A stretch of 64,000 bases of DNA, from contig OZ024756.1 of NCBI GenBank assembly GCA_964016885.1, positions 3,968,001 through 4,032,000 of the forward strand. The letters run 5' to 3'. Position numbers and translations under genes: made by a program. The DNA is from Eledone cirrhosa (taxonomy: Eukaryota). This document shows, one piece after another, positions 34,333-48,300 of the stretch (positions are counted from its first letter, which is position 1; every line of letters starts with the position of its first letter). The notes beneath the pieces are model-generated. The model saw only the letters and a list, made by a program, of their open reading frames with translations, was not told the DNA's origin and ran no database searches.

Positions 34333-35204
34333 ATTTGTACAAGAGCAATGGTTTGTCAGAGCTGATAGTGAGTCTCACATAAATACCATGATCCGACTCT
34401 CTAGGTTCAAAGTTGACCCCCCCCCCCTATCAGATTGGCCTTTCAAAGTTATGAGGTTGATATCGTAAAGTACCAGTCAAATACCAGGGTTGATTTAATG
34501 GAGTAGAGCCCGCCCAAGCTTTATGGTTTTGTAAGAAAACCATTATTACTGCTACAATATATTAATCCAAGCATTATTGTTTTTTTAAACTATTACTATT
34601 AATAAAGAAACCATTGTTGTTTTTTTTATATTTTAAGAACAAGCAATAACCGTTTATTTCTAGGATATAATTACATAAAAATAATTGAAAAGTATCTAAT
34701 AATAACAAAACAGGGAAATGAAAAAGAGAAGAAAGGATCCAGCAATGAAAGAAATGTAGAGGGGGGAAAGGGATAGGCACTACACTACACCCTAGTCTAA
34801 GCAGGGCCTCAGCCTCACCCTGTGGAAAAAATGGCAAAGGCGTTGCCACAGAAAATGGTCAGGGACACCCGCTGCAACAGCCATCCCACCTCACGGGGTT
34901 CCATCCTGAAGCGGGTGGCTGTCTTTCGTGGTTTGTTTTACTGTTGCTGTTGTTATTACTGTCTTTAGGGGTCCCTTGTTTATTCACGATATTGGCAAAC
35001 CACCTGCTTAGCATCGATACGCTGTGTGAATAAAGATTTCGGTTTGGCCAACGGAAGGTTTTGTAAAGCTAGCTGCCACCGTCTTTTGTTTACGCAGCAT
35101 AGATATCAGTTTCATGCCAGCAACAGAGCAGCTTTGTCTCAGAAATCAGAAAGATCCCTTTTGCCCTCCTTTTCCTCATTCTCTGTGCCCATGTGTGTAG
35201 CTCT

Positions 35205-35771
35205 CGCACGCATACACACAGGCACACATACACACAGGCACTCATACACACTGACACGCATACACACTGACACATATATACACAGGCACTCATACACACT
35301 GACACGCATACACACTAACACGCATACACACTGACACGCATACACACTAACACGCATACACACTGACACGCATACACACTGACACGCATGCACACAGGCA
35401 CGCATACACACTGACACACATACACACTGGCACGCATACACAGTGACACGTATACACAGTGACACACACACAGTAACACATACACAGTGACACGCATACA
35501 CGCTGACACGCATACACACAGACACGCATACACACTGACACGCATACACGCTGACACGCATACACACTGACACGCACACACAGTGACACACACACTGACA
35601 CGCATACACAATGACACGCATACACAATGACACGCATACACACTGACACGCACACACACACTGACACGCACACACACAGGCACGCATACACAACCACGAA
35701 CTCACTGGCACAGATACACAAATACACACATATTTTCCATGCATATATACATACATATCATAACACACACA

Positions 35772-35829
<58 letters not shown>

Positions 35830-36012
35830 TGTGTATTATTAATTCTGGCAATATTACGCAAATATGACCCTCCCCAAATATAACAATATATATATATATG
35901 TATATATATTCTATATATATGTATTCACAAATACGTACGTACATACATACATACATAAATACACACACTCACGTAAAACGATATTTGCATATATACGCAC
36001 ATATGTACATGG

Positions 36013-36050
<38 letters not shown>

Positions 36051-36770
36051 CCATTCATTACATACATGCATCTATCCATGCATATACTCACACATAAATA
36101 CATATACATTCATACATACATACACATACATAAGTATATACATATATCCATACATACATACATACATACATCTATATGTGCGCGCACACACGCACACGCA
36201 CACACACGCATATACATACATCCATCTATCCATACACACACATACATACATCCATCTATACATAAATATATATATATACACACATATACACACAGGGATG
36301 CCTACATACCTAGTTACCTACACACATACATACACATACATAAGTATATACATATATCCATACATACATACTTACATACATACATCTATATGCGCGCACA
36401 CACACGCACACGCACACACACACATATACATGCATCCATCTATCCACACACACACATACATACATCCAACTATACATAAATATATACACACACACACACA
36501 CACATATACACACAGGGATGCCTACATAGCTAGTTACCTACACACATACATACACATACATAAGTATATACATATATCCATACATACATACATACATACA
36601 TACATCTATATGCGCGCACACACACGCACACGCACACACACACATATACATGCATCCATCTATCCACACACACACATACATACATCCAACTATACATAAA
36701 TATATACACACACACACACACACATATACACACAGGGATGCCTACATAGCTAGTTACCTACACACATATA
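35205..36770. repeat. CA-rich minisatellites (CTGACACGCATACACA units; ~220-bp triplication at 36085-36770)
   Basis: CACAGGGATGCCTACATA.CTAGTTACC recurs at ~36291, 36511 and 36731. Confidence 0.9.
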
Positions 36771-37998
36771 TGTTGGTATGTATGTGGAAATGGGTGTGTG
36801 AAGTTCTAGCAATGTATCAGAGAGAAGCAGTAGACGACCGGCTGGAAGGCCTGGTAAGTAGATAAACAAACTAGATCTTAGTTCCTATCGTTCCTAACTT
36901 CGACGATAATTATCACAACAGCTGTTGCCAACAATAATGGTGGAGCAAGCAACATGGCGACGGCCACCACCTTAATTAGACCGTTAACAACTTAATGATA
37001 ACCAATGTAACGACGTTGATGATTCGGTTACGGTATTATTACTGTATCTGAGCTGTCAACAGACAGAGGTTAACAGTAAGTAAGACATCAACAGTCAACA
37101 CATGTAGCTCTCGTGTCAACAGTCAATAAGTGTAACTTTGCTGTCAACAACTGACAGGGAAATAACTGAGTTGTCAAAACGCAAAAGACAAAACAAACAA
37201 ACAGTCATATATATATATATATGGAAGCTTAGTAAAATCGAAGTTTTGGCTGTGACCAAGCTAATGACCTACAATTAGGAATGAGCAGCAAAGCACTCAA
37301 TAAGTTTTCAGGCCTTAGAGTAATAACATAAGTTTAGACAGCTTGACAAATTGAAAATTGCGGTAGGTAAACCTAACCACCCAATACCAAAAACAACGAA
37401 AAAACTAATCAGGTTAGACAAGTGACCTGGAAAAATCAAACGATATTCTGCAATACGTCCGATAGGTTTCTATGAACCCGGTTTCATCCATCCAACTTAC
37501 GTAATATGTAGCCTGTGGTATTCCATGATCGAACAGTGGATTCACGTCATCAACAGGAATTTCGTTCTATGCCCCAAGCCGGTGTGGAATGTAAACGCCG
37601 AACTGCTACCGTTGGCAGCCCTCAGTGTTTCACTGTCACGTGTTATTTCCAACAAGGGAAGTAACCCCCGGTTTTTGGAAGGGCAAATTAATGGTGTGAA
37701 CAATGGAAATCAATTCCGTTCCACATCCCGAATGAAAAGCTCTCGACTAGACGTTATTAAACAAACATAAATACTTAACCCATCAATGGAATCGTCTAAT
37801 TAAATTAATTAATTAATTATTATGTCTAGGAGATAATAATACAAGTGGAAGCTTAGTAAAATCAAAGCTTTGGCTGTGGCCAAGCTAACGCCCGAGAGAG
37901 AGTTTAATGGTTTGTAACTTTACATTACGATTGGTTCATCAACTTGAGAACTCGCTGATACTTTGACACCTCGTTGCTACTCATATATATATATATAA

Positions 37999-38182
37999 AT
38001 AATTGTTTCTACTTTAGGCACAAGACCAGCAATTACCCAGTGCATTACTGGTACTTTATTTTATCGACCCCGTAAGGATGAAAGGCAAAGTCAACCTCGG
38101 CGGGATTTGAACTCAGATCGTAAAGGGACGTAACTATGCTGGAAAGCATGGCATCCGACCCTCTACCGATACTGCCAATCCA
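37999..38182 (-). mobile_element. SINE family A, full-length copy
   Basis: Reverse complement is nearly identical to 3416-3593. Confidence 0.92.
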
Positions 38183-38351
38183 CCACCAATATACATATAT
38201 AAATATATATATATAAATAATTACGTTGAATATTGATATACAATCGTTTCGTCCCGTATTGGACTTATCAAAATCAATCATTTATAAGCAAATATCTGAA
38301 CATATTCTCTCACCCTACAGACCAACAATTCAAAATGATATTTTTCATATA

Positions 38352-38425
<74 letters not shown>

Positions 38426-38639
38426 GAGGTTATATTTAATTTGTTGGGATACAACAAGCAACATATTTTTATAACTGATATAAAGCACTCAACAAATTAA
38501 TTGGAGTAAATATACAATATATTAATAAATGGAAACTATATTTATAAAACCATATTTATTTCATTATACATATTTCAAGGTCCACCAAGGCAGATTATGG
38601 TGCGCTTTCATCAGATAAAATATAATATAGATTAGTTTT

Positions 38640-38856
38640 ATAAATACGGAGGATTGGGGGCAGGGGTTGTTAGATCATCTTTGAGCTCGGAGTTGAGCTC
38701 AAATACGGAGGATTATAGAATTGTTAAATCATCTTTGAGCTCGGAGTTGAGTTCAAATACGGAAGATTGGTCGAATTGTTAGATTATTTTTGAGCTCAGA
38801 GTTGAAGTCAAATACGGTGGATTGGGAGGGGAGTGTTAGAACATCTTTGAGCTCTT
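38640..38856. repeat. ~55-60-bp tandem repeat, ~4 copies
   Basis: AAATACGGAGGATTG...TGTTAGATCATCTTTGAGCTCGGAGTTGAG recurs. Confidence 0.85.
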
Positions 38857-38999
38857 CTCCACCAATCTCGGTGTTATCTGCCCCACATAAACCTAATACA
38901 ATAGTAACGTTGATGTTAGCATATTTGTCAATGTAGTAAACCTCTGGTTCAACATAGCTGGAGTGCATTTGATGATAGGTCTACTAAATCACAGCTGAC

Positions 39000-39008
39000 C
39001 GTCGTCGC

Positions 39009-39039
<31 letters not shown>

Positions 39040-40490
39040 GTCACCGCCGCCGTCGTCGTCGTCACCGCCGCCGTCGTCGTCGTCGTCGTCGTCGCCGCCT
39101 TCGTCGTCGTCGCCGTCGTCGTCATCTCCGTTGTCGTCTTTTTCTTTTTTCTTCTCTATCTTTTTCTTTTTTCTTTTTTTTCTTTCTTTCTTTTTTTCTT
39201 TTTTTTTTCTTTTTTTCTTTTTTCTTTTTTTTTTCTTTTTTCTTTTTTTTTTCTTTTTTCTTTTTTCTTTTTTCTTTTTTCTTTTTTCTTTTTTATTTTT
39301 TATTTTTTATTTTTTATTTTTTATTTTTTATTTTTTATTTTTTATTTTTTATTTTTTATTTTTTTATTTTAATTTTTTTATTTATTTTTTTTTATTTTTC
39401 TCTTTCTGCTTCTAAACCAACAAGTGAGACTATGTGGTTGTTCTATTCGCTAGAATTAGCAGCTAAAATCCCTCTCAAACCACCCATTATCTATATTAAG
39501 CACCCAGCCATGTCTGTTCCTATGTTTATGTGAATAAGTTTTCACTGTCTTAAATAAAATTACCTTTTTTTTTCTCTGTGGTATTTAAATAAAACCTGAC
39601 ATTTTCTAATGTGACTTTTTCTCCAGTGATTTCAACCCCTTCACCTCTCTACCCCCTTCACCTCTCCACACCGCCACCTCTCTACCCCCTTCACCTCTCC
39701 ACCCCGCCACCTCTCTACCCCCTTCACCTCTCCACACCACCACCTCTCTACCCCCTTCACCTCTCCACTCCACCACCTCTCTACCCCCTTCACCTCTCCA
39801 CACCACCACCTCTCTACCCCTTCACCTCTCTACTCCACCACCTCTCTACCCCCCTCACCTCTCCACTCCACCACCTATCTACCCCCTTCACCTCTCCACA
39901 CCACCACCTCTCTACCCCTTCACCTCTCTACCCCTCCACCGCCACCCCCTCCACCCCATCCGCCTCTCCACATCTCTACCCCCTCCCCGACATCACCACA
40001 CCCACCACCCCTTCTCTCTACCCCCCCATTCACCATTCCACCCTCCACCCCCACCCATCTACCATCAACCTCTCCACCCCACCCCGTTCCCCTCTCCTAG
40101 GATTCCACAAAACTCTCCAGTGTTAATCTCATCACCGACTCAGGCCATTCCTTATGGCTAATTTGTCAGATCGCCAAACCAAACGTTGTCTGTCGCATCT
40201 TAGTCTCTCCTTCTCACTCACTTTGGCTCTCACACTCTCTACCCCTCACTCTCACACTCTCTACCTCTCACTCTCTCTACCCCCTCTCTCACTCCCTCTA
40301 CCCCCTCTCTCACTCCCTCTACCCCCTCTCTCACTCCCTCTACCTCTCTCTCACCCTTTCTCCCTCACACTCTCTCTAACTCTTCCTCACTCTCTCTACC
40401 TCTTTCACTCTCTCTAGCTCTTTCAATCTCCCCCTCACTCTCACTCTCCCCCTCTCTCTCCCTCTGTACCTCTCTCCTACCCCTATCTTC
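39000..40490. repeat. (GTC/GCC)n, T-rich tract, 30-bp C-rich minisatellite (39630-39930) and CT-rich low-complexity DNA
   Basis: Direct inspection. Confidence 0.9.
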
Positions 40491-40663
40491 CTACTTCAGT
40501 AAAACAACTCAACTCAACACAACCATCAATTACAGGGATTAACCCAACCGTGACATTCCTTCCTTCTGATGACCCTGAAAATCTGGTCAACAATTCCTTC
40601 ATCTTCCCAACTCATCGACATCTTCATTTACAGATTCCCACGACTGGCCTCGCTTCACATCCA

Positions 40664-43600
40664 CTTCCTTCTTTCCTTGTTTGCTTCCTTCCTTGCTTCC
40701 TTCCTTGCTTCCTTCCTTGCTTCCTTCCTTGCTTCCTTCCTTGCTTCCTTCCTTGCTTCCTTCCTTGCTTCCTTCCTTGCTTCCTTCCTTGCTTCCTTCC
40801 TTCTTTCCTTGTTTGCTTCCTTCCTTGCTTCCTTCTTTCCTTGTTTGCTTCCTTGCTTGCTTCCTTCCTTGCTTCCTTCCTTGCTTCCTTCTTTCCTTGT
40901 TTGCTTCCTTGTTTGCTTCCTTCCTTGCTTCCTTCCTTGCTTCCTTCTTTCCTTGTTTGCTTCCTTGTTTGCTTCCTTCCTTCCTTGCTTCCTTCCTTCC
41001 TTGCTTGTTTGCTTCCTTCCTTCCTTCCTTCCTTGCTTCCTTCCTTGCTTCCTTCCTTGCTTCCTTCCTTACTTGCTTGCTTCCTTCCTTACTTGCTTGC
41101 ATCCTTCCTTGCTTGCTTCCTTCCTTATTTGCTTGCTTCCTTCCTTCCTTCCTTGCTTCCTTCCTTGCTTCCTTCCTTCCTTGCTTCCTTCCTTCCTTGC
41201 TTCCTTCCTTGCTTGCTTCCTTCCTTATTTGCTTGCTTCCTTCCTTCCTTCCTTGCTTCCTTCCTTCCTTCCTTGCTTCCTTCCTTGCTTGCTTCCTTCC
41301 TTATTTGCTTGCTTCCTTCCTTCCTTCCTTCCTTGCTTCCTTCCTTGCTTCCTTCCTTCCTTGCTTCCTTCCTTCCTTCCTTGCTTCCTTCCTTGCTTGC
41401 TTCCTTCCTTATTTGCTTGCTTCCTTCCTTCCTTCCTTGCTTCCTTCCTTGCTTCCTTCCTTCCTTGCTTCCTTCCTTCCTTCCTTGCTTCCTTCCTTGC
41501 TTCCTTGGTTGCTTCCTTGCTTCCTTGCTTCCTTGCTTGCTTCCTTCCTTGCTTCCTTGCTTGCTTCCTTGCTTGCTTCCTTCCTTGCTTCCTTCCTTCC
41601 TTCCTTCTTTGCTTCCTTCCTTCTTTGCTTCCTTCCTTCCTTGCTTCCTTCCTTCTTTGCTTCCTTCCTTGTTTGCTTCCTTCCTTCTTTGCTTCCTTCT
41701 TTGCTTTCTTTCTTGCTTCCTTCCTTGCTTCCTTCCTCCCTTGCTTCCTTCCTTGCTTCCTTCCTCCCCTGCTTCCTTCTTTGCTTGCTTCCTTCCTTGC
41801 TTGCTTCTTTCCTTGCTTCCTTCCTTCCTTGCTTGCTTCCTTCCTTCCTCGCTTGCTTCCTTCCTTGCTTGCTTCCTTCCTTGCTTTCTTCCTTCCTTCT
41901 TTGCTTGCTTCCTTCCTTGCTTGCTTCCTTCCTTCCTTGCTTGCTTCCTTCCTTCCTTGCTTGCTTCCTTCCTTGCTTGCTTCCTTCCTTGCTTGCTTCC
42001 TTCCTTCCTTGCTTGCTTCCTTCCTTCCTTGCTTGCTTCCTTCCTTGTTTGCTTCCTTCCTTCCTTGCTTGCTTCCTTCTTTCCTTCCTTGCTTCCTTCC
42101 TTGCTTCCTTCCTTCCTTGCTTCCTTCCTTCCTTCCTTCCTTCTTTGCTTCCTTCCTTCTTTGCTTCCTTCCTTCTTTGCTTCCTTCTTTGCTTTCTTTC
42201 TTCCTTCCTCCCTTGCTTCCTTCTTTGCTTGCTTCCTTCCTTGCTTGCTTCCTTCCTTGCTTGCTTCCTTCCTTCCTCGCTTGCTTCCTTCCTTGCTTTC
42301 TTCCTTCCTTCTTTGCTTGCTTCCTTCCTTGCTTCTTTCCTTGCTTGCTTCCTTCCTTGCTTTCTTGCTTCCTTCCTTGCTTGCTTCCTTCCTTGCTTGC
42401 TTCCTTCCTTCCTTGCTTGCTTCCTTCCTTGTTTGCTTCCTTCCTTCCTTGCTTGCTTCCTTCTTTCCTTCCTTGCTTCCTTCCTTGCTTCCTTCCTTCC
42501 TTGCTTCCTTCCTTCCTTCCTTCTTTGCTTCCTTCCTTCTTTGCTTCCTTCCTTCTTTGCTTCCTTCCTTCTTTGCTTCCTTCTTTGCTTTCTTTCTTCC
42601 TTCCTCCCTTGCTTCCTTCTTTGCTTCCTTCCTTCTTTGCTTCCTTCTTTGCTTTCTTTCTTCCTTCCTCCCTTGCTTCCTTCTTTGCTTGCTTCCTTCC
42701 TTGCTTGCTTCCTTCCTTCCTCGCTTGCTTCCTTCCTTGCTTTCTTCCTTCCTTCTTTGCTTCTTTCCTTGCTTGCTTCCTTCCTTGCTTGCTTCCTTCC
42801 TTCCTTGCTTGCTTCCTTCCTTGTTTGCTTCCTTCCTTCCTTGCTTGCTTCCTTCTTTCCTTCCTTGCTTCCTTCCTTGCTTCCTTCCTTCCTTGCTTCC
42901 TTCCTTCCTTCCTTCTTTGCTTCCTTCCTTCTTTGCTTCCTTCCTTCTTTGCTTCCTTCCTTCTTTGCTTCCTTCTTTGCTTTCTTTCTTCCTTCCTCCC
43001 TTGCTTCCTTCTTTGCTTCCTTCCTTCTTTGCTTCCTTCTTTGCTTTCTTTCTTCCTTCCTCCCTTGCTTCCTTCTTTGCTTGCTTCCTTCCTTGCTTGC
43101 TTCCTTCCTTCCTCGCTTGCTTCCTTCCTTGCTTTCTTCCTTCCTTCTTTGCTTCTTTCCTTGCTTGCTTCCTTCCTTGCTTGCTTCCTTCCTTCCTCGC
43201 TTGCTTCCTTCCTTGCTTTCTTCCTTCCTTCCTTGCTTCTTTCCTTGCTTGCTTCCTTTCTTGCTTGCTTGCTTCCTTCCTTGCTTGCTTCCTTCCTTCC
43301 TTCCTTGCTTCCTTGCTTCCTTGCTTCCTTCCTTCTTTGCTTCCTTCCTTGCTTCCTTCCTCCCGTGCTTGCTTCCTTCCTTGTTTGCTTCCTTCCTTCC
43401 TTGCTTGCTTCCTTCTTTCCTTCCTTGCTTCCTTCCTTGCTTCCTTCCTTCCTTGCTTCCTTCCTTGCTTGCTTCCTTCCTTGCTTGCTTCCTTCCTTGT
43501 TTGCTTCCTTCCTTCCTTGCTTGCTTCCTTCTTTCCTTCCTTGCTTCCTTGCTTGCTTCCTTCCTTCCTTGCTTGCTTCCTTCCTTGTTTGCTTCCTTCC

Positions 43601-45031
43601 TTCCTTGCTTGCTTCCTTCTTTCCTTCCTTGCTTCCTTCCTTGCTTCCTTCCTTCCTTGCTTCCTTCCTTGCTTGCTTGCTTCCTTCCTTGCTTCCTTCC
43701 TTCTTTGCTTCCTTCCTTGCTTCCTTGCTTCCTTCCTTCCTTGCTTCCTTCCTTCCTTGCTTCCTTGCTTCCTTCCTTCCTTGCTTCCTTCCTTGCTTCC
43801 TTCCTTGCTTCCTTCCTTGCTTCCTTCCTTGCTTCCTTCCTTGCTTCCTTCCTTCCTTCCTTCCTTCCTTCCTTCCTTGCTTCCTTGCTTCCTTGCTTCC
43901 TTCCTTCTTTGCTTCCTTCCTTGCTTCCTTCCTCCCGTGCTTCCTTCCTTCCTTCCTCCCGTGCTTCCTTCCTCCCTTGCTTCCTCCTTGCTTTCTTCCT
44001 TCCTTGCTTCCTTCCTTCCTTCCTTGCTTCCTTGCTTCCTTCCTTCTTTGCTTTCTTATTTTTCCTCCCTTGCTTGCTTCCTTGCTTCCTTCCTTCCTCC
44101 CTTCCTTGCTTCCTTCCTTCTTTGCTTCCTTCCTTCTTTGCTTTCTTATTTTTCCTCCCTTGCTTGCTTCCTTGCTTCCTTCCTTCCTCCCTTCCTTGCT
44201 TCCTTCCTTCCTCCCTTCCTTGCTTCCTTCCTTCTTTGCTTCCTTCCTTCTTTGCTTCCTTGCTTCCTTCCTTTCTTCCTTCCTTGCTTCCTTCCTTGCT
44301 TCCTTCCTCCCTTCCTTCCTTCCTTGCTTGCTTCCTTCTTTGCTTCCTTCCTTCCTCCCTTCCTTCCTTCCTTGCTTCCTTGCTTCCTTCCTTGCTTCCT
44401 TCCTTGCTTCCTTCCTTGCTTCCTTCCTTCCTTCCTTCCTTCCTTCCTTCCTTCCTTCCTTGCTTCCTTGCTTCCTTGCTTCCTTCCTTCTTTGCTTCCT
44501 TCCTTGCTTCCTTCCTCCCGTTCTTCCTTCCTTCCTTCCTCCCGTGCTTCCTTCCTTCCTTGCTTCCTCCTTGCTTTCTTCCTTCCTTGCTTCCTTCCTT
44601 CCTTGCTTCCTTCCTTGCTTGCTTCCTTCCTTCCTTCCTTCCTTGCTTCCTTATTTTTCCTCCCTTCCTTGCTTCCTTTCTTCCTTGCTTCCTTCCTTCT
44701 TTGCTTCCTTCCTTCTTTGCTTCCTTGCTTCCTTCCTTTCTTCCTTCCTTGCTTCCTTCCTTGCTTCCTTCCTCCCTTCCTTCCTTCCTTGCTTGCTTCC
44801 TTCTTTGCTTCCTTCCTTCCTCCCTTCCTTCCTTCCTTGCTTGCTTCCTTCCTTGCTTCCTTGCTTCCTTGCTTACTTCCTTCCCTCCTTGCTTCCTTCC
44901 TTCCTTCCTTCCTTCCTTGCTTCCTTCCTTCCTTTCTTCCTTCCTTTTCCTTCCTTGCTTGCTTCCTTCCTTGCTTTCTTCCTTGCTTCCTTTCTTTCCT
45001 TCTTTCTTTCTTTTTCTTTCTTTCTTGCTTC

Positions 45032-45078
<47 letters not shown>

Positions 45079-45145
45079 GCTTCCTTCCTTTCTTTATTTC
45101 TTTCTCTATCTCTTTCTTTCTGTCTTTCTTTCTGCCCTCTTCCTC
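40664..45145. repeat. ~4.5-kb (CTTC)n/(CTTG)n polypyrimidine satellite
   Basis: Top strand nearly devoid of A, hence stop-free 1500-aa ORFs in all three frames. Confidence 0.98.
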
Positions 45146-45310
45146 TCGCTTCATCCAAGTTTACTGTCAAGCTTACAGCTTTTCTTTCACGTTTAATTTA
45201 TTTTATTCTATCTACCTATCTAACTATCTACCTATCTAACTATCTACCTATCTAACTATCTACCTATCTAACTATCTACCTATCTAACTATCTACCTATC
45301 TAACTATCTA

Positions 45311-48300
45311 CCGGAGGTGGGGGTGGAGTTGTCGTTCTGCTGCAAAAACATCTGGGTCTCGCAACACAGATGGTACATTTGGACCCGGAGGGTCGACTAG
45401 TGGTTCTGGACCTTGGCAGTGGTAAAGGCGGAGCGTTTAGGTTGGTAGCCGCCTACGGCCCTTTCGGGTCAATGCGGCCGGACTTCTTCCATCGTCTGGA
45501 GACTTTTCTAGGGACGTCCCGCTCCTTGCTATTAGTGGGGGACTGGAATGGTATCCTAGATGCACGCTGGGACTACGTAGGGGCCTGCCCTGATAGAGAG
45601 GGGTGTAATAGCCTCAAAGGGTTAATCGGTCGATTTGACCTGGCCGATAGATATCGACTAGATTTTCCGACTGCGCCAACCTGGACTTGGGCAAATCGTA
45701 GCGGATCATCTAGGTCGTACCTAGATAGGTTCTTAGTTAGAATTAAGGATAAGGACTTTTTAAGTTGTCCAAAAATGCGCATGGTTGGCTATTCAGACCA
45801 CAAATTAGTGACCTGCATGGTCAACCTTGACAGAACTCATAGACAGGGCCCCGGTTACTGGAAGCTCAACTTGTCCTTGCCGGCAAGTAGAGCCTACAGG
45901 AATCGGATTAGTACGTTAGTTAAGGAACGGTTGACTGGAGCGATCGTCAACAGCAGGTGGTGGGTATCTCTAAAGAGAGAGATTAGAGTAGTCTCGATAG
46001 AATTTAGTAAGGTTCTAGCTGCGGATAGGAATAGGAAGGAAAGGGAGCTAATAGATAGAGTAGAAGAGGCAATTAGAAGCGGCGACGTGGCCAGAGTGCT
46101 AGCGTCGAGAACGGCTTTGAGCCAGTTTTTCGACGCGAAGCACGAAGGCTGCGTTGTCCGAAGTAAAATACGTGCTCTAGGGAACGAGGGGACCAAAGCT
46201 GTTAGCTGGGCCCGCGTGACAGAGGCCAACAGTGGAACTAAATCCACCATCCGGTCTTTGCGAGACCTGGATGGACGGGCGATTCTTGAGCCTAAGCAGA
46301 TGTGTGAGGCCTTTCAAAGGCACTTTGCCCGACTGTTCGGGAGGGGCGGGGAGCCGGTTGGGAACGTGGACTTCGGTCCATACCTCGACGGCCTGCCGCG
46401 CCTCTCGGACAGGGAGGCGAAGTCCTGCGAGGAGCCGATTTCGGCCGCTGAGATAGAGGACGTGCTGAGCCAATGCGGCAAACGCAAATCCCCGGGTCTC
46501 GATGGTCTTCCTTACGAATTATATCTAGCTATGCCGGACTTGTTCCCCGATCTCCTCGAGGCGGTCTACTGCAACTGGCAACAGAACGGGAGAATTCCCT
46601 GTGCTGTGACCAAGGGCGTAGTCACGCTAGTGAGGAAGGACGAGAACAAGGGGGACGAAATAAGTAACTTCAGGCCCATAACACTGCTAAATACAGAGTT
46701 ACAGATTTTGGCCAAGGTGCTAGCAAAGAGGTTGGCGCTTGTCGTGGGCAACCTGGTGGGAGATGCGCAGACATGCGCTATCCCGTCCAGGTCCATCCAT
46801 GACAACCTCCACCTCATGCGATACATCATAGAGAGGGTTGGGAACGAACCCGGCTTTGGTGGGGCTCTGATCAACTTGGATCAATCTAAGGCGTTCGATA
46901 GGGTCGACCATGGTTACCTGGATGCGGTGCTAGCGGCGGCAGGCTTCGGACCCGTTTTCAGGGGCTGGATCACTGCTATGCACAGCAGCCGCATCTGCTC
47001 TAGGGTCAAGGTGAACGGCTACCTCTCGGAGCCGTTCAAAATCGCGCGGTCCATCCGACAAGGGTGCCCTCTCTCCTCCCTTCTGTATGTGTTGACTCTC
47101 GAGCCACTACTGCGGAAGTTGGAGTTGTTGCAGGGCATCCCTTTGGAACCGGGATTGCGGAAAGCGGTGTCGGCCTACGCCGATGACGTGACAGTAATGG
47201 TGTCGACAGCCTCCGAAATCGAGGCGGTCGGCACCTTACTGGAGGAGTACGAAAAGTTCACAGGGGCTAAGCTGAACCGGGACAAGTCGATCGGTTTGCA
47301 ACTCGGCACGTGGAGGGGCAGACCGATGCCCTCCGATGGCGTCGTCGGACGCTGGACGGAGGGCCCGGTGAAGTTACTCGGGGTCTGGTTCGGACCGGAC
47401 CTCCAGGTGGAGAAAAACTGGGCGGAGGTTACGAACAGGGTGTTTGCACTGACCCAGAAGTGGGCCAGTTGCAAACTATCCCTGAAAGGTCGGGCGGAGG
47501 TGGCGAACACCTACATAGCGTCCGTCATCTACTACCGCCTGACCGTAGTGCCCTGCCCAAGGGAAACCCTCACCAAGATGGAGCGCGCGCTCTTCCAATT
47601 CCTTTGGAAGAGGCGGGCTCCTATGGTGAGGAGATCCATCTGCTGTCAACACCCTTCGAAAGGAGGGCTGGGGATGCCGTGGCTAATGATGCGTAAACAC
47701 GCATTAAGGCTACGGCACCTATACGTATTCCTCACCGGACAACCGGTGTGGGCCTCGTTTGTGAGACGAACCTTTCCCAGACTCGTCTCACTCACCGAGC
47801 TGCAATCCTGGGTCAAGCAAAGACCGAGAAAACTGGGCGCCTGGCACACTGAGTGTGCCCAGGCGCTCACCGCCCTCTGGCAGGCGGATCCGGTTATCAG
47901 TGGAGACTCCACCGCAACATTCTATAGAGGGCTGGTACGCAGCAGGTGCGACGACGCCCTCGGAGAAGCCCTAGACATGGAGGAGGACGAACTGGCCAGC
48001 CTGTTCGGTAGGACATTCAGCCCGGGACCTATGGACAACTTCCAGAAGTCCCTGGCCTGGCAGTGCTACCGAGGGGCTTTACCCGTTCGAGAAAGGCTCT
48101 ACAGACACGGGCGCCCGGGTAGGGACCCCGCCAAAAAGATCTGTCCCAGATGCGTGTGCGACGAGGAAACCGTTGCACACGCATTGGTACACTGCTCGGG
48201 CGTAGCCGATCTGTGGGGCTATGTCGAACAACTGCTGTCAAGGGTGGGACCGATCCGGTTGACCACCGAGTCTATTGTAATGATCAAGCCGCCTCCCCCC

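Noticed and set aside
40566-40590. CTGATGA-CCCT-GAAA as a hammerhead (similarly at 63345)
   Set aside because: No room for stem II and no stem I/III pairing
40550-45255. 1250-1550-aa ORFs in four frames
   Set aside because: Produced by an A-free tetranucleotide satellite lacking stop codons; no protein signal
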